NCBI GenBank assembly: GCA_029007115.1
Contig: JAQXHG010000009.1
Span: 246-64,245 of the forward strand
From: a bacterium
GTDB lineage: Bacteria; Bacillota_I; Bacilli_A; RF39; UBA660
Reading direction: 5' to 3'
DNA: 64,000 bases
A program made the position numbers and the translations under genes. Position 1 is the first letter of the stretch. Each line of letters begins with the position of its first letter. Of the stretch, positions 45,942 through 56,736 are shown one piece after another. The notes beneath the pieces are model-generated. The model had not been told where the DNA came from. It saw only the letters and a list, made by a program, of their open reading frames with translations, and did no database searches.

Positions 45942-47842
45942 TCTCTTATATTTAAATAAGTTATTAAACCAAGTAATATATTTTTCACTTCTTGATTAAT
46001 TTCTATATTATTTAATTCTAATATTGCTTTAGAAGATAATTCATTTATTTTATCATTTGCATATTTTAAACTTCCAGAATCTATTATAATGTCTTTAATG
46101 ATTTTAAGTTCTTTTTCATTTAAATTTTGTTTGCCATAATACTTTATTAATTCTTTATAATAATCTTTTTTATTAATTTTAATATAAGAATATAATATTG
46201 TTTGCTTAAATTCTTCTATATCAGAACACACTGATTTTCCAAGTGTATCTTTATTACTAAATATACCAAGAATATCATCTTTAATTTGAAAAGAAATGCC
46301 GATATTCATAAGTATATTTTCCATTTTTTCTATATCTTTTTGCTTTGAATTACCTAATATCATACCGAGTATAAATGGACCTATAATTGAATAGTAAGAT
46401 GTTTTTAATTTATAAATCTCAAATATATCTTCTTCTTTAAGATGATTTTTAGTATTATTTTTTTCTATGTAAGGAAGATATACATCAAGTATTTCTCCCT
46501 TTATTGTATTTATAACTATATCATTATAGTAAGCAAATAATTTAGTGAAATTTTTATCATTTTTATATGAATCTAATATTAATTTATTAGTATAATAGAA
46601 ACCAATATCTCCAATACATAAAGCTAAATTATTAGGAGTATTATCTTGGCACTTATATTTTTTAAATTCTTTTGAGTATGTGTTATGTATAGTTTCTTTC
46701 CCTCGTCTAGTATTTGCATTATCTATTATATCATCATGTATTAATATTGATGTTTGAAATGTTTCATATGCGATTGCAAGGGGAAGAGAATAGTTGTCTA
46801 TATTATTACTTAATTTATATCCTAAGTTAATTAAAGTGCCTCTTAAAAATTTACCATCTTTATTTAAATTAATAAATTTATTTATAGCATCTTTTATAAT
46901 TTTATTGTCTTTGTTATTTATTAGGGTATCATTAAATTTATTAATTTCATTACTTAATAGAGATAATTGTTTTTTATAAAAGATCATAAATTCAAGTAAA
47001 TTAGAAAACTCATATACTTCTTCTTTTAAAGTAGATGCACTGCCTGTTATACCAATATTAATATTATCACTAATATTTTCTTTTTTAATAAATTCGTAAA
47101 AATCTTTTATATTTGAAAATAAATATGTGTTTTTTTGGACTTTTAAACATTTATTATATAATTCTTTTGTATTTGAACTATTATTTCCTCCAATAATAAT
47201 CATTAAGTCCATAGTTTTAGCAAGATTAACAGAACTATCATGAATTAATTTTTGATTGTTACATATAGTATTATCAAATATATAGTCATAGTTATTTTCA
47301 TTTAAATAATTATAGAATTTTTGACATTTATCAATATTAGCAGTTGTTTGACTCACAACATAATATTTTTCCTTTTTATCAAGCAATTTATAATCTTCTT
47401 CACTCTCAATAATAATAGCACTATTATTTATATGACCATTAATGCCTATAACCTCTGGATGTTCTTTTTTACCTATAATAATTATTTTATATCCATTGTT
47501 ATATTTATCAATAACTAGATTATGTATTTTTTTAACGTTAATACAAGTTGCATCATAATATGTAATATTGTTGTTTTCTAAATAATCATAAGTACTTTTT
47601 GCTTCTCCATGAGCTCTTATAATTAAAATATCATTTTTATTTATTAAAGATAAATCATCAATACAATAAATATTCCTTTTTTCTAAATAGTCAATTATAT
47701 ATTTATTATGTAATATTTCTTTATAAATATATACATTTTTATTCTTATTTTTTTCTTTTAATTCAATTGCCATATTAATTGCTTTAATAGAGCCACTGCA
47801 ACAGCCAAATACATTTGGATAATGTATCATAGTAATATTCAC
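45935..47842 (-). CDS. ispH: Fusion protein: N-terminal IspH (HMBPP reductase, aa 1 to ~280) plus C-terminal trans-polyprenyl diphosphate synthase (aa ~300-635)
   Basis: The three IspH cluster Cys contexts are GCCSGS, ATCINV and NTICNN, with GITGSAST at the domain end. The prenyl synthase FARM is LIHDDIIDNANTRRG and the SARM-like motif is FQIKDDILG. The ORF is a single uninterrupted 635 codons. Confidence 0.85.
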   Translation of the reverse strand: MNITMIHYPNVFGCCSGSIKAINMAIELKEKNKNKNVYIYKEILHNKYIIDYLEKRNIYCIDDLSLINKNDILIIRAHGEAKSTYDYLENNNITYYDATCINVKKIHNLVIDKYNNGYKIIIIGKKEHPEVIGINGHINNSAIIIESEEDYKLLDKKEKYYVVSQTTANIDKCQKFYNYLNENNYDYIFDNTICNNQKLIHDSSVNLAKTMDLMIIIGGNNSSNTKELYNKCLKVQKNTYLFSNIKDFYEFIKKENISDNINIGITGSASTLKEEVYEFSNLLEFMIFYKKQLSLLSNEINKFNDTLINNKDNKIIKDAINKFINLNKDGKFLRGTLINLGYKLSNNIDNYSLPLAIAYETFQTSILIHDDIIDNANTRRGKETIHNTYSKEFKKYKCQDNTPNNLALCIGDIGFYYTNKLILDSYKNDKNFTKLFAYYNDIVINTIKGEILDVYLPYIEKNNTKNHLKEEDIFEIYKLKTSYYSIIGPFILGMILGNSKQKDIEKMENILMNIGISFQIKDDILGIFSNKDTLGKSVCSDIEEFKQTILYSYIKINKKDYYKELIKYYGKQNLNEKELKIIKDIIIDSGSLKYANDKINELSSKAILELNNIEINQEVKNILLGLITYLNIREK

Positions 47843-47920
47843 CTCTTAATAAAAATTATAACATATTTGTTGTTATATTAACTAAATTTTGATAAAATTA
47901 ATTTAAAGGAAGTGATTCTA

Positions 47921-48169
47921 ATGGAGTATGAAGAAACTACTATAGTAGACTCTCATGAAATTGAAACAGAAAATATTAAAGAGAGTCTTATTGGAATATG
48001 TATGGATTTAGATGAAAGAGGTTATAATTCTATCAAACAAATAGTTGCTTATTTAATTAGTGGTGAGCCAGGATATATATCTAGTTATAAAGAATGTAGG
48101 AATAGATTGCTTAAGTTTAAAAGAGAAGACATTATTGAAACGATGTTAACAGGGTTTATTAAAGAATGA
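47921..48169 (+). CDS. IreB-family (UPF0297) regulatory protein
   Basis: RGYNSIKQIVAYLISGEPGYISSYKECRN. Its position upstream of ruvX matches Bacilli. Confidence 0.8.
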   Translation: MEYEETTIVDSHEIETENIKESLIGICMDLDERGYNSIKQIVAYLISGEPGYISSYKECRNRLLKFKREDIIETMLTGFIKE

Positions 48170-48588
48170 TATATTTAGGTTTAGATTATGGCAGTCGTAC
48201 ACTTGGTCTTTCTATAAGTGATAGAACATCTACAATTGCAACTTCTCTTGAAGTTTTAAGATATAACAATATAGAGGATTTACTTATACAACTAGACTCA
48301 ATAGTATATACTAAGAAAGTAGATGCTTTTGTAATTGGAAATCCTCTTAATTTAGATGGTAGTGCTTCAAAAAGAACAGAAGAAACATTAGAATTAAAAA
48401 AAATTATTGAAGATAGATATAAAAAAGAAGTTTTTATGCAAGATGAGAGATTATCAACTGTGGAAGCGGAAAGAATGCTTATTAGTAATGATACAAAAAG
48501 AAAGAATAGGAAAAAAGTAATAGATAAAATAGCTGCGACTATTATTTTACAGGGGTTTTTAGATAGGAGTAAAAGAAGTGAAAGATAA
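48166..48588 (+). CDS. ruvX: Holliday-junction-resolvase-like nuclease RuvX/YqgF
   Basis: GLDYGSRTLGLSISD and DERLSTVEAE. Confidence 0.9.
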   Translation: MIYLGLDYGSRTLGLSISDRTSTIATSLEVLRYNNIEDLLIQLDSIVYTKKVDAFVIGNPLNLDGSASKRTEETLELKKIIEDRYKKEVFMQDERLSTVEAERMLISNDTKRKNRKKVIDKIAATIILQGFLDRSKRSER

Positions 48589-48841
48589 TTATATTACTTT
48601 AAAAGATAAAAATGGAAAATCAAAAGAATATAGAATTTTACTTAATATATCAGATACAACAAATGAAGTAAACTATCTTGTATATACAAATGATATAAAA
48701 ACAAGTGACGGCGAACTTAAAGTTTTTGCGTCTACTTATATATTAAGTGAAAAAGGTAATATGACTAAATTTAAGCCTGTAGAAATGAAAGAAGAATTTG
48801 ATTTTATAGAAAAGATATTAAAATCTTTAGAAGAAAATTAA
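48578..48841 (+). CDS. DUF1292 protein (YrzB-like)
   Basis: GTG start after AGGAG. ITLKDKNGKSKEYRILL and the conserved position after ruvX support the call. Confidence 0.75.
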   Translation: MKDNYITLKDKNGKSKEYRILLNISDTTNEVNYLVYTNDIKTSDGELKVFASTYILSEKGNMTKFKPVEMKEEFDFIEKILKSLEEN

Positions 48842-48859
48842 TATAAAAGAGAGGTTATC

Positions 48860-49948
48860 ATGACACGAAAAGTTTTTAGTATAAAAAAGTTTTTATTATT
48901 TTTGTTTATTATGCTACTAATAATTATTGGTTCTTTAATTGGAACTTATTTTTATTTAATAACTGCGCCAAGTAAAGAGAGTAAACAAGTGAATATATAT
49001 GTTGAAAAAGGAAGTAATTATAGTACAATTGCTACTACTTTAAAAGAAAAAGGATTAATTAGATCACAACTTGCTTATAAAATATATTTAAAACTAAATA
49101 CGCCTAATAATTCTTTAGAATATGGAGACTATGTTTTAAAAACAAATTATGATTTAGAAGAATTAATTAATACTTTAGGTAAAGGTAGTGTTAGTCTTGC
49201 TGATACTATTAGTGTTACTTTTATAGAAGGTAATAATGTTAGGCATTTTATTAAAACTGTAACAAGTAATTTTAATATAACAGAAGAAGAAATATTAAAT
49301 AAGTTAGATGATGAAAAATATATTAATACTCTAATAAATGATTATTGGTTTTTAACTGATGAAATTAAAAATAAAGAAATTTATTATCCACTTGAAGGAT
49401 ATCTATTTCCAGATACTTATGAGTTTTATACATCTGCCGATATAGATGATATATTTAGAAAATTACTTGATAATATGAGTAAAAAATTAGAACCATATAA
49501 GGAAAGCATTGAAAATAGTGATAAAACTATCCATGAAATGATAACATTATCTTCAATTGTTGAAAAAGAAGGAGCAAACGATTCGGATAGAAAGATGATT
49601 GCTGGAGTATTTTACAATAGATTAAGAGATGGATGGAGTCTTGGAAGTGATCCTACAACTTATTACGCAGAAAAAATAGACGATAATGTTAGAGATTTAA
49701 AAATGAGTGAACTAAATTCATGTAATGCATATAATACTCGTAGTTCTTGTCTTAATGGAAAATTACCAGTAGGACCTATATGTAACCCTGGATTAGCATC
49801 ATTAGTTGCTTCAATCGAGCCTGAAAAACATAATTATTATTATTTTGTTGCTGATAAAAATGGAAAGAACTATTTTAATGAAACACAAGCAGGACATGAT
49901 AGTACAATAAATAAATTGAAAAGAGAAGGATTATGGATAACTTATTAG
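48860..49948 (+). CDS. mltG: Endolytic murein transglycosylase MltG (YceG-like)
   Basis: N-terminal TM segment, LysM-like domain, LASIVEKE-type SSIVEKEGA, and GKLPVGPICNPG. Confidence 0.9.
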   Translation: MTRKVFSIKKFLLFLFIMLLIIIGSLIGTYFYLITAPSKESKQVNIYVEKGSNYSTIATTLKEKGLIRSQLAYKIYLKLNTPNNSLEYGDYVLKTNYDLEELINTLGKGSVSLADTISVTFIEGNNVRHFIKTVTSNFNITEEEILNKLDDEKYINTLINDYWFLTDEIKNKEIYYPLEGYLFPDTYEFYTSADIDDIFRKLLDNMSKKLEPYKESIENSDKTIHEMITLSSIVEKEGANDSDRKMIAGVFYNRLRDGWSLGSDPTTYYAEKIDDNVRDLKMSELNSCNAYNTRSSCLNGKLPVGPICNPGLASLVASIEPEKHNYYYFVADKNGKNYFNETQAGHDSTINKLKREGLWITY

Positions 49949-50520
49949 ATTTAATTGATGATATTAAAAATTATGGTATTAATAATAAAGTTCCAATAAT
50001 GAGTGTTGATACGATTGATGAAATACAAAAAATAATTAATGAAAATAATATTGAATCAATTTTAGAGATAGGTACTGCTATTGGATATTCAACCATTAAT
50101 TTTGCAAGTAACAAGAATATAAAAAAAATAACAAGTATTGAAAGAGATATAGAAAGATATAAAATTGCAGTAGAAAATGTTAATAAAAGTAAACTTCCTA
50201 ATATAGAACTTATTTTTGGAGATGCACTAAATATTAATATTGATGAAAAATATGATTTATTAATTATTGATGCTGCTAAAAGTCAAAATATTAAATTTTT
50301 TAATAAATACAAGAATAATTTAACTAAGAATGGAATAATAATTATAGATAATTTAGAATTTCATGGTTATGTAGGAAAAAGTAATGAAATTAAAAGTAGA
50401 AATTTAAGACAAATGGTTAGGAAAATAGAAAAGTTTTTAGATTTTTTAAATACTAATGAAGAATATAATGTAGAATATATAGAAGTAGGTGATACCTTAG
50501 GAGTATGCAAAAAGAAATAA
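49933..50520 (+). CDS. Class I SAM-dependent O-methyltransferase (YrrM/TrmR-like)
   Basis: ILEIGTAIGYS SAM loop. The synteny with two U32 genes matches B. subtilis yrrMNO. Confidence 0.8.
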   Translation: MDNLLDLIDDIKNYGINNKVPIMSVDTIDEIQKIINENNIESILEIGTAIGYSTINFASNKNIKKITSIERDIERYKIAVENVNKSKLPNIELIFGDALNINIDEKYDLLIIDAAKSQNIKFFNKYKNNLTKNGIIIIDNLEFHGYVGKSNEIKSRNLRQMVRKIEKFLDFLNTNEEYNVEYIEVGDTLGVCKKK

Positions 50521-51311
50521 TAATATTACCAAATAAAAAACAATTAGAATTTTATGAAAAGTATAATATAAATACTTTTTTATTGCCAATGAAAGATTTT
50601 AGTATTGGGTTTAATACATATTTTACTAAAGAAGAAATAAATAAACTATCTAATAAGTATTGTATCTATGTGTTAATTAATAAATTTATGCATAAAAATA
50701 TAGATAAGTTTAAAAATATATATGATGAATTTAATAAAAATATTAAATTTATAGTAGAAGATATAGGACTTAGTAAAATAATAGATAAAGATAGAATAGT
50801 TATATATGAGAATCATATTATATCTAATTATAAAGCAATTAATTATTTAGATAGTTTGGGATATAATAATATAGTTATTAATAATGATTTGACTATTCAT
50901 GAGTTAAAAGAGATACAAGAAAATACTTCATCTAACTTATATTATTTTTATATTTCAAAGAATATGCTTATGTATTCAAGAAGAAATTTAGTGTCAAATT
51001 ATAATGATTATTATAATAATAAAAGTGATGCATTAGAATATGTTTTAAGAGAAAAAGTAAGTAATAAATTATTAGAAATCAAAGAAGAAGATGATGGAAG
51101 TATTGTAAGATATAATAAAATATTTTGTGCATCTAAGTATTTAAAAGATTTAGGTAAATTAAATTTAATTATTGATTTAACTAACATAAACGAAGTAAGT
51201 GAAATGATGATACTTGAAAATATTAATAATGAGAATCTATATAATTTGATAGATAGTGATTACTATTTTTTAGAAAATGATATCAAATATAAAGTAGGTG
51301 ATATAAAATGA
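50505..51311 (+). CDS. U32-family-related protein (YrrN-like)
   Basis: The call rests on position and size in the yrrM-N-O-like block. The start codon is uncertain because of poor SD spacing. Confidence 0.6.
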   Translation: MQKEIIILPNKKQLEFYEKYNINTFLLPMKDFSIGFNTYFTKEEINKLSNKYCIYVLINKFMHKNIDKFKNIYDEFNKNIKFIVEDIGLSKIIDKDRIVIYENHIISNYKAINYLDSLGYNNIVINNDLTIHELKEIQENTSSNLYYFYISKNMLMYSRRNLVSNYNDYYNNKSDALEYVLREKVSNKLLEIKEEDDGSIVRYNKIFCASKYLKDLGKLNLIIDLTNINEVSEMMILENINNENLYNLIDSDYYFLENDIKYKVGDIK

Positions 51312-52483
51312 AATATGAATTATTATTACCTGCTGGAGATTTATCAAGACTTAAATATGCACTTATTTATGGTGCTGATGCAGTATATATAGGAGGAGAT
51401 AAATATAATTTAAGAGCTAATGCTAATAATTTTACTTTAGATGAAATCAAACAAGCAGTAATATTTGCTCATGAATTAAATAAAAAAGTATATGTAACGG
51501 TTAATATGATATTTCATAATGAAGATTTAGAAGGTCTTGATGATTATTTATTAGCTTTAGATAAAATTGGAATAGATTCATATATAGTAAGTGATTTTGC
51601 TGTTATAGAGTCTATAAAAAGACTTAATATTAAAACACCATTTTTTATATCTACTCAAAAGTCTATAAATAATAAATATTCAGCACAATTTTATAAAGAT
51701 TTAGGTGCATATAAAGTAGTTTTAGCACGTGAATGTTCTAAAGAAGATATAATAGATATTAAAGAAAATGTTGATATTGATGTTGAAGTATTTATACATG
51801 GAGCAATGTGTACAAGTTATAGTGGAAGATGTGTTATGTCAAATTATGTAACGCTAAGAGATTCTAATAGAGGAGGTTGTTCTCAAGTTTGTAGATTTAC
51901 CTTTGATAATCAAACAGAAAATGAATATGCATTTTCTTCTAAAGACTTAAACATGATAGATTATATCTCAGATATGATGGATTTGGGAATTGAATCATAT
52001 AAGGTAGAGGGAAGAATGAAGAGTATGTATTATATTGCAACTGTAGCTAATGCATATAGAACAATTATGGATAAAAAAATAAATAATACTCTAACTTCTA
52101 ATGATATTAAATATTATAAAAAAGTATTAAGCAGAGTATCAAATCGAGAAAATATTGCTCAATTTTATAATGGAATACCACATAAAGAAGGACAATATTA
52201 TAATGGTAGACAAGAACTTAGTAATCAAGATTTCTTAGGACTTATATTAGAGTATAATAAAGAGTCTAATATTGCAGTTATTGAACAGAGAAACAAATTT
52301 AGTGTAGGTGATATAGTTGAAATATTTGGACCTAATACTAAAGTAAAAGAATTTAAAATAGAACAAATCATTAATGATAATAATGAAATAGTTACTAGTG
52401 CATCACATGCACAAGAAAAAATAAAAATAAAAATACCATTTGAGGTACATGCAAATGACATAATGAGGGTTAAAATTTCTTGA
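51308..52483 (+). CDS. Peptidase U32 family protein (YrrO/TrhP-like)
   Basis: ELLLPAGDLSRLKYALIYGADAVYIGG and the Cys-rich GAMCTSYSGRCVMSN. Confidence 0.85.
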   Translation: MKYELLLPAGDLSRLKYALIYGADAVYIGGDKYNLRANANNFTLDEIKQAVIFAHELNKKVYVTVNMIFHNEDLEGLDDYLLALDKIGIDSYIVSDFAVIESIKRLNIKTPFFISTQKSINNKYSAQFYKDLGAYKVVLARECSKEDIIDIKENVDIDVEVFIHGAMCTSYSGRCVMSNYVTLRDSNRGGCSQVCRFTFDNQTENEYAFSSKDLNMIDYISDMMDLGIESYKVEGRMKSMYYIATVANAYRTIMDKKINNTLTSNDIKYYKKVLSRVSNRENIAQFYNGIPHKEGQYYNGRQELSNQDFLGLILEYNKESNIAVIEQRNKFSVGDIVEIFGPNTKVKEFKIEQIINDNNEIVTSASHAQEKIKIKIPFEVHANDIMRVKIS

Positions 52484-52538
52484 CAAAATAGTCATTTTAT
52501 TGTATTATCATTTGGTACAAAGAAAGAGGTGACCTAAC

Positions 52539-53009
52539 ATGAAAAAGAAAGAGATTTTTTTAACTAGCGAAGGTTATTTAGATTTGGAAAATGAGTTACA
52601 TTATTTAAAGACAACTAAGAGAAACGAAGTAACTCAAACATTAAAAGATGCTAGAGCACTTGGAGACTTATCAGAAAATTCTGAATATGAGCAAGCTAGA
52701 GAAGATCAAGCAAATTTAGAAAAGAGAATAGTAGAAATTGAGTATGCTCTTGAGCATGCTGTAGTAATAGATAAAAGTGATAATGATGGTAAAGTTGGAA
52801 TTGGATGCGAAGTTGAACTTAAGTATGAAGATGATGATGATACAGAAAGTTATAAAATCGTAGGTAGTCAAGAAGCTGATCCATTTAATAATAAAATCTC
52901 TAACGAAAGTCCAATAGCAGCAGCTATTATGGGTAGAAAAGTTGGTGAAACTGTAGAAGTATCATCACCAGATGGTGTATACAGTGTTAAAATCGTAGCT
53001 ATAGGATAG
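52539..53009 (+). CDS. greA: Transcription elongation factor GreA
   Basis: GDLSENSEYEQAREDQ. Confidence 0.95.
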   Translation: MKKKEIFLTSEGYLDLENELHYLKTTKRNEVTQTLKDARALGDLSENSEYEQAREDQANLEKRIVEIEYALEHAVVIDKSDNDGKVGIGCEVELKYEDDDDTESYKIVGSQEADPFNNKISNESPIAAAIMGRKVGETVEVSSPDGVYSVKIVAIG

Positions 53010-53063
53010 TAAAATATCCTTTTTTGCAATGTAAATAAAATTAATTATAACTAAGGAGGTAAA

Positions 53064-54308
53064 ATGAAAAAAAGTTATACATTAAAATTAGAGGGAAAAG
53101 AATGGAAAGATTGTTTAAATGAATCTTACAAGAAGAAAAAGAAAGATGTAAAAATAGATGGTTTTAGAAAAGGACAAGTACCTTATGACATCTATGTTAA
53201 AAAGATGGGTATTGAAACATTATATATGGATGCTATTGATATGGCAGTAGATGTTTTATACGCAAAATTATTAAGTGATCCAAAAACTATCACTCCAGCC
53301 GCAACACCTAGTATAGATATTAAAGATATTAATGATAAATTAGTTGAAATAGAATTTACTTTAGTAGAAACTCCTGAAGTTAAACTTGGTAAATATAAAA
53401 AACTAGGTATTAAAAAAGAAAAGATTGAAGTAAGTGATGAAGAGATTGAACATGAACTTGGTCATTTAAAAGAACAATTTGCTGAAGTAAGAGCATTAGA
53501 TGATAAAACTAAAATCAAAGAAGGTATGGTTGCAGTAATTGATTTTGAAGGCTTTAAAGATGGAGTAGCATTTAAAGGTGGAAAAGGAGAAAATTATAGT
53601 TTAGAAATAGGTTCTCATACTTTTATTCCAGGATTTGAAGAAGCATTAGTTGGTCTTAAAAAAGGAGATAAAAAAGATGTTAAATTAACATTCCCAGAAA
53701 ATTATCATAGTGATGATTTAAAAGGTCAACCAGTTGTATTTAAAGTTGAAATAAAAGAAGTTAAAGAAAGAGTATTTCCAGAATTTAATAAAGAATTTTT
53801 TGAAGATTTAAATGTTGGTGGTGTTGAATCTTTAGAAGATTTAAAAAAATATATTAAGGAAAATAAAGAAGCAGAAAGAGAAAAGCAATTAGAGGATGAA
53901 TATCTATTTAAATGCTTAGATAAAGTAGTTGAAGATTCTGAATTTGAAATTCCTGAAGAAATGACTGAAGATGAAGTTAATAGATTAGTAAGAGAATTTT
54001 CTGAAAAATTAACATATCAAGGACTAAAATTAGAAGATTATTTAAAATATTGTAATACTAATATTGATGATTTTAAGGCAACATTAAAAGATGAAGCTAA
54101 TAAAAGAATAGGTTATAGACTTATGATGGATGCGATTGTTACTAAGGAAAAACTAGAAGTTAGTGATGAAGAACTTGAAAAAGGATTAAATGAAACTAGT
54201 GAACAATATGGTATGAGTAGAGAAGAATTTGAAAAACAAATAGGTTCTAAAGAATTATTTAAATACGATTTATTAATGAGAAAAGCAATGAAAGTTGTTA
54301 CTGAATAA
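53064..54308 (+). CDS. tig: Trigger factor
   Basis: GFRKGQVP ribosome-binding motif and the FKBP-type core IDFEGFKDGVAFKGGKGENYSLEIGSHTFIPGFEEAL. Confidence 0.9.
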   Translation: MKKSYTLKLEGKEWKDCLNESYKKKKKDVKIDGFRKGQVPYDIYVKKMGIETLYMDAIDMAVDVLYAKLLSDPKTITPAATPSIDIKDINDKLVEIEFTLVETPEVKLGKYKKLGIKKEKIEVSDEEIEHELGHLKEQFAEVRALDDKTKIKEGMVAVIDFEGFKDGVAFKGGKGENYSLEIGSHTFIPGFEEALVGLKKGDKKDVKLTFPENYHSDDLKGQPVVFKVEIKEVKERVFPEFNKEFFEDLNVGGVESLEDLKKYIKENKEAEREKQLEDEYLFKCLDKVVEDSEFEIPEEMTEDEVNRLVREFSEKLTYQGLKLEDYLKYCNTNIDDFKATLKDEANKRIGYRLMMDAIVTKEKLEVSDEELEKGLNETSEQYGMSREEFEKQIGSKELFKYDLLMRKAMKVVTE

Positions 54309-54318
54309 ATAACAAATT

Positions 54319-54346
54319 AAAACATCTATAATTTAGATGTTTTTTA
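54319..54346. terminator. Bidirectional terminator
   Basis: AAAACATCTA, loop TAATT, TAGATGTTTT, then TTT. Confidence 0.7.
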
Positions 54347-54348
54347 TA

Positions 54349-55008
54349 TTACATTTTAAATAATTTTTTAAATTTATTAAACAAATAATCATTTTCTAAT
54401 ACTATTAAAAATACTATTAATGATAAGATACATCCAGAAATAAAATCAATAAATACATGTTGTTTTATTAACATAGTAGATGCCATAATTAATAAAGATA
54501 GAATTGTAATTATTATGTTTATAAATTTATTAGATTTTTTTGTTGTGTATGAGTACAAAATATAAGATAAACTAAATGCACAATGAATAGATGGACAACA
54601 ATTTCTAACTGGTGTATCAATTGCATATATAATTTTAGTAATTGTTTCTAATATACCAGTAGTTGTAATTTCAGCTCTTACTATTGTACTTGGAAAAATA
54701 ATATAAATTATATTAGAAATGATAATTGATAATACAAAGGATGTTTGATATCTAATAAAGTTATCTTTATCATGTATATAAATATAATATGGGACTAGTA
54801 CAAGCATTAAATACCATATTACATATGGAATAATAAAATATACGTTAAAAGGTATTCTCTCATCAATATAACCGCCTATTAAAGTTGGCTGTCCTGATAT
54901 TAATACACTTGCTTTATAACAAATAGTTTGAAATACAATTAAGCATATTGTAATTATTAATGGTTTTTTATCAATTTTTTTCATAAACATCACATATTTA
55001 TTATACAA
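54349..55008 (-). CDS. PAP2-superfamily-like integral membrane phosphatase or phosphotransferase
   Basis: PSIHCA (like PSGH) and QHVFIDFISG (H...D) motifs in a 5-6 TM protein. The start is ambiguous: TTG at 55008, or ATG at 54990 or 54984. Confidence 0.55.
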   Translation of the reverse strand: MYNKYVMFMKKIDKKPLIITICLIVFQTICYKASVLISGQPTLIGGYIDERIPFNVYFIIPYVIWYLMLVLVPYYIYIHDKDNFIRYQTSFVLSIIISNIIYIIFPSTIVRAEITTTGILETITKIIYAIDTPVRNCCPSIHCAFSLSYILYSYTTKKSNKFINIIITILSLLIMASTMLIKQHVFIDFISGCILSLIVFLIVLENDYLFNKFKKLFKM

Positions 55009-55075
55009 GTTTAATCATAAAAATGAAATAATTAATTGTAGATATGATATACTATTTATATATAGAGGAGTAAAT

Positions 55076-55936
55076 ATGAAATTAGAAGTAAAAAATCTTA
55101 CTAAATATTATAAAGATACTCTTGGAATAAAAGATGTATCATTTGGTATTAAAAATGGAGAAGTATTTGGTTTTATTGGACCAAATGGTGCAGGAAAGTC
55201 TACTACTATTAGATCTATTATGAATTTAATAGATAAAAGTGGTGTTGTTTTAATAGATGGGAAAGAATTTAAGAAAGATGATATTAATCTTATGAAAAAG
55301 ATAAGTTATTTACCTAGTGAGATAAATCTTTATGATGATTTAACTGTTAGGGAAATGCTTGATTATAATGAAGAGTTTTATCCAAATTGTCATAGCCTTA
55401 GAAAAAAATTAGTTAATCGCTTCAGATTAGATGAAAATAAAAATATAGAAGATTTATCTTTAGGTAATCTAAAAAAACTAGGTATAGTAATAACATTTAT
55501 GAAAGATGCTGAAATTATTATATTAGATGAGCCTACTAGTGGATTAGATCCAATTATGCAAGATGAGTTTTATAAGCTTATATTAGAAGAAAAAGAAAAA
55601 GGGAAAACAATATTATATTCAAGTCATATATTAAGTGAAGTATCTAAAATATGTGATAGAATAGGTGTTATAAAAGATGGTAGTATTATTCTTATAGATA
55701 AAATATCTAAATTATCAGAAAATAATTTAAACATTATATCAATAGTATCTAAGGATAAAAGTAAAATAATTGATAAATTAAATGCTGAAATAATAGAAGA
55801 AAAAGATGATTATTTTAGATTTAAAACTAAGATTCAATCAGATAAATTAATAAAAGAATTATCTTTATTTACTATAGATAAGATAACTATTGAAGAGGCA
55901 ACACTTGAGGATATAGTTATGGAATATTATAAGTAG
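55076..55936 (+). CDS. ABC transporter ATP-binding protein
   Basis: GPNGAGKST, LSLGNLKKL and ILDEPTSGLD. Confidence 0.9.
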   Translation: MKLEVKNLTKYYKDTLGIKDVSFGIKNGEVFGFIGPNGAGKSTTIRSIMNLIDKSGVVLIDGKEFKKDDINLMKKISYLPSEINLYDDLTVREMLDYNEEFYPNCHSLRKKLVNRFRLDENKNIEDLSLGNLKKLGIVITFMKDAEIIILDEPTSGLDPIMQDEFYKLILEEKEKGKTILYSSHILSEVSKICDRIGVIKDGSIILIDKISKLSENNLNIISIVSKDKSKIIDKLNAEIIEEKDDYFRFKTKIQSDKLIKELSLFTIDKITIEEATLEDIVMEYYK

Positions 55937-55944
55937 GTGACATT

Positions 55945-56736
55945 ATGTTAAAAAGAGAATTAAAAATTAATTTTAAAAGTTTTATTATATGGATTAGTAT
56001 TTTAATAGGTTTATTCTTATTTGTATATTTACTTTATCCTAGTATTATTAGTAATGGTAATTTAGGTCAAATAGATGAAATGATGAGGTTATTTCCAGAA
56101 GAAGTATTAAAGTCATTTAATTTAGATATAGCAATTATGGATAGTGCATTTGGTTGGATTAAAAGTGAAGGATGGATATTTGTATTACTTTTAATGGGAG
56201 TTTATTCTAGTTTGCTTGGTGGTACAATATTATTAAAAGAAGAAAGTGATAAGACAATTGAATATTTAGGATGTTTACCTGTTAGTAGAAAACAAATAGT
56301 ATTAAGTAAAACTTTATGTGGTTATATCTATATAATTATTATGAATATAATATTCTTTATATTTAATTTAATAGCGCTTAAATTAAGTGGGGATTTTGAT
56401 ATAAAAGTCTTTATATTACTTAGTATAACACCATTATTATCATCGACTGTTTTATATTCTTTAAGTTTATTTATATCAACATTTATGAGAAAAACTAAAA
56501 AAATAACTGCGATATGTTTAGGAATTACATTTGCTAGTTATTTACTAAATATTTTTTCTACTATAAGTACACAGGTGGATTTTCTTAAATACTTATCAGT
56601 ATTTACTTTATGTGATATTAGAAATGTTATATTAAATGAGAAAATTAATATTTTGATGTTAATAATAACTATAATTTTAAATCTAGTGTTTGTTAAACTT
56701 AGTGAATATAAATATCAAAGGAAAGAGTTTGTATAG
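55945..56736 (+). CDS. ABC-2 type permease
   Basis: Six TM segments, immediately downstream of the ATPase gene. Confidence 0.75.
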   Translation: MLKRELKINFKSFIIWISILIGLFLFVYLLYPSIISNGNLGQIDEMMRLFPEEVLKSFNLDIAIMDSAFGWIKSEGWIFVLLLMGVYSSLLGGTILLKEESDKTIEYLGCLPVSRKQIVLSKTLCGYIYIIIMNIIFFIFNLIALKLSGDFDIKVFILLSITPLLSSTVLYSLSLFISTFMRKTKKITAICLGITFASYLLNIFSTISTQVDFLKYLSVFTLCDIRNVILNEKINILMLIITIILNLVFVKLSEYKYQRKEFV

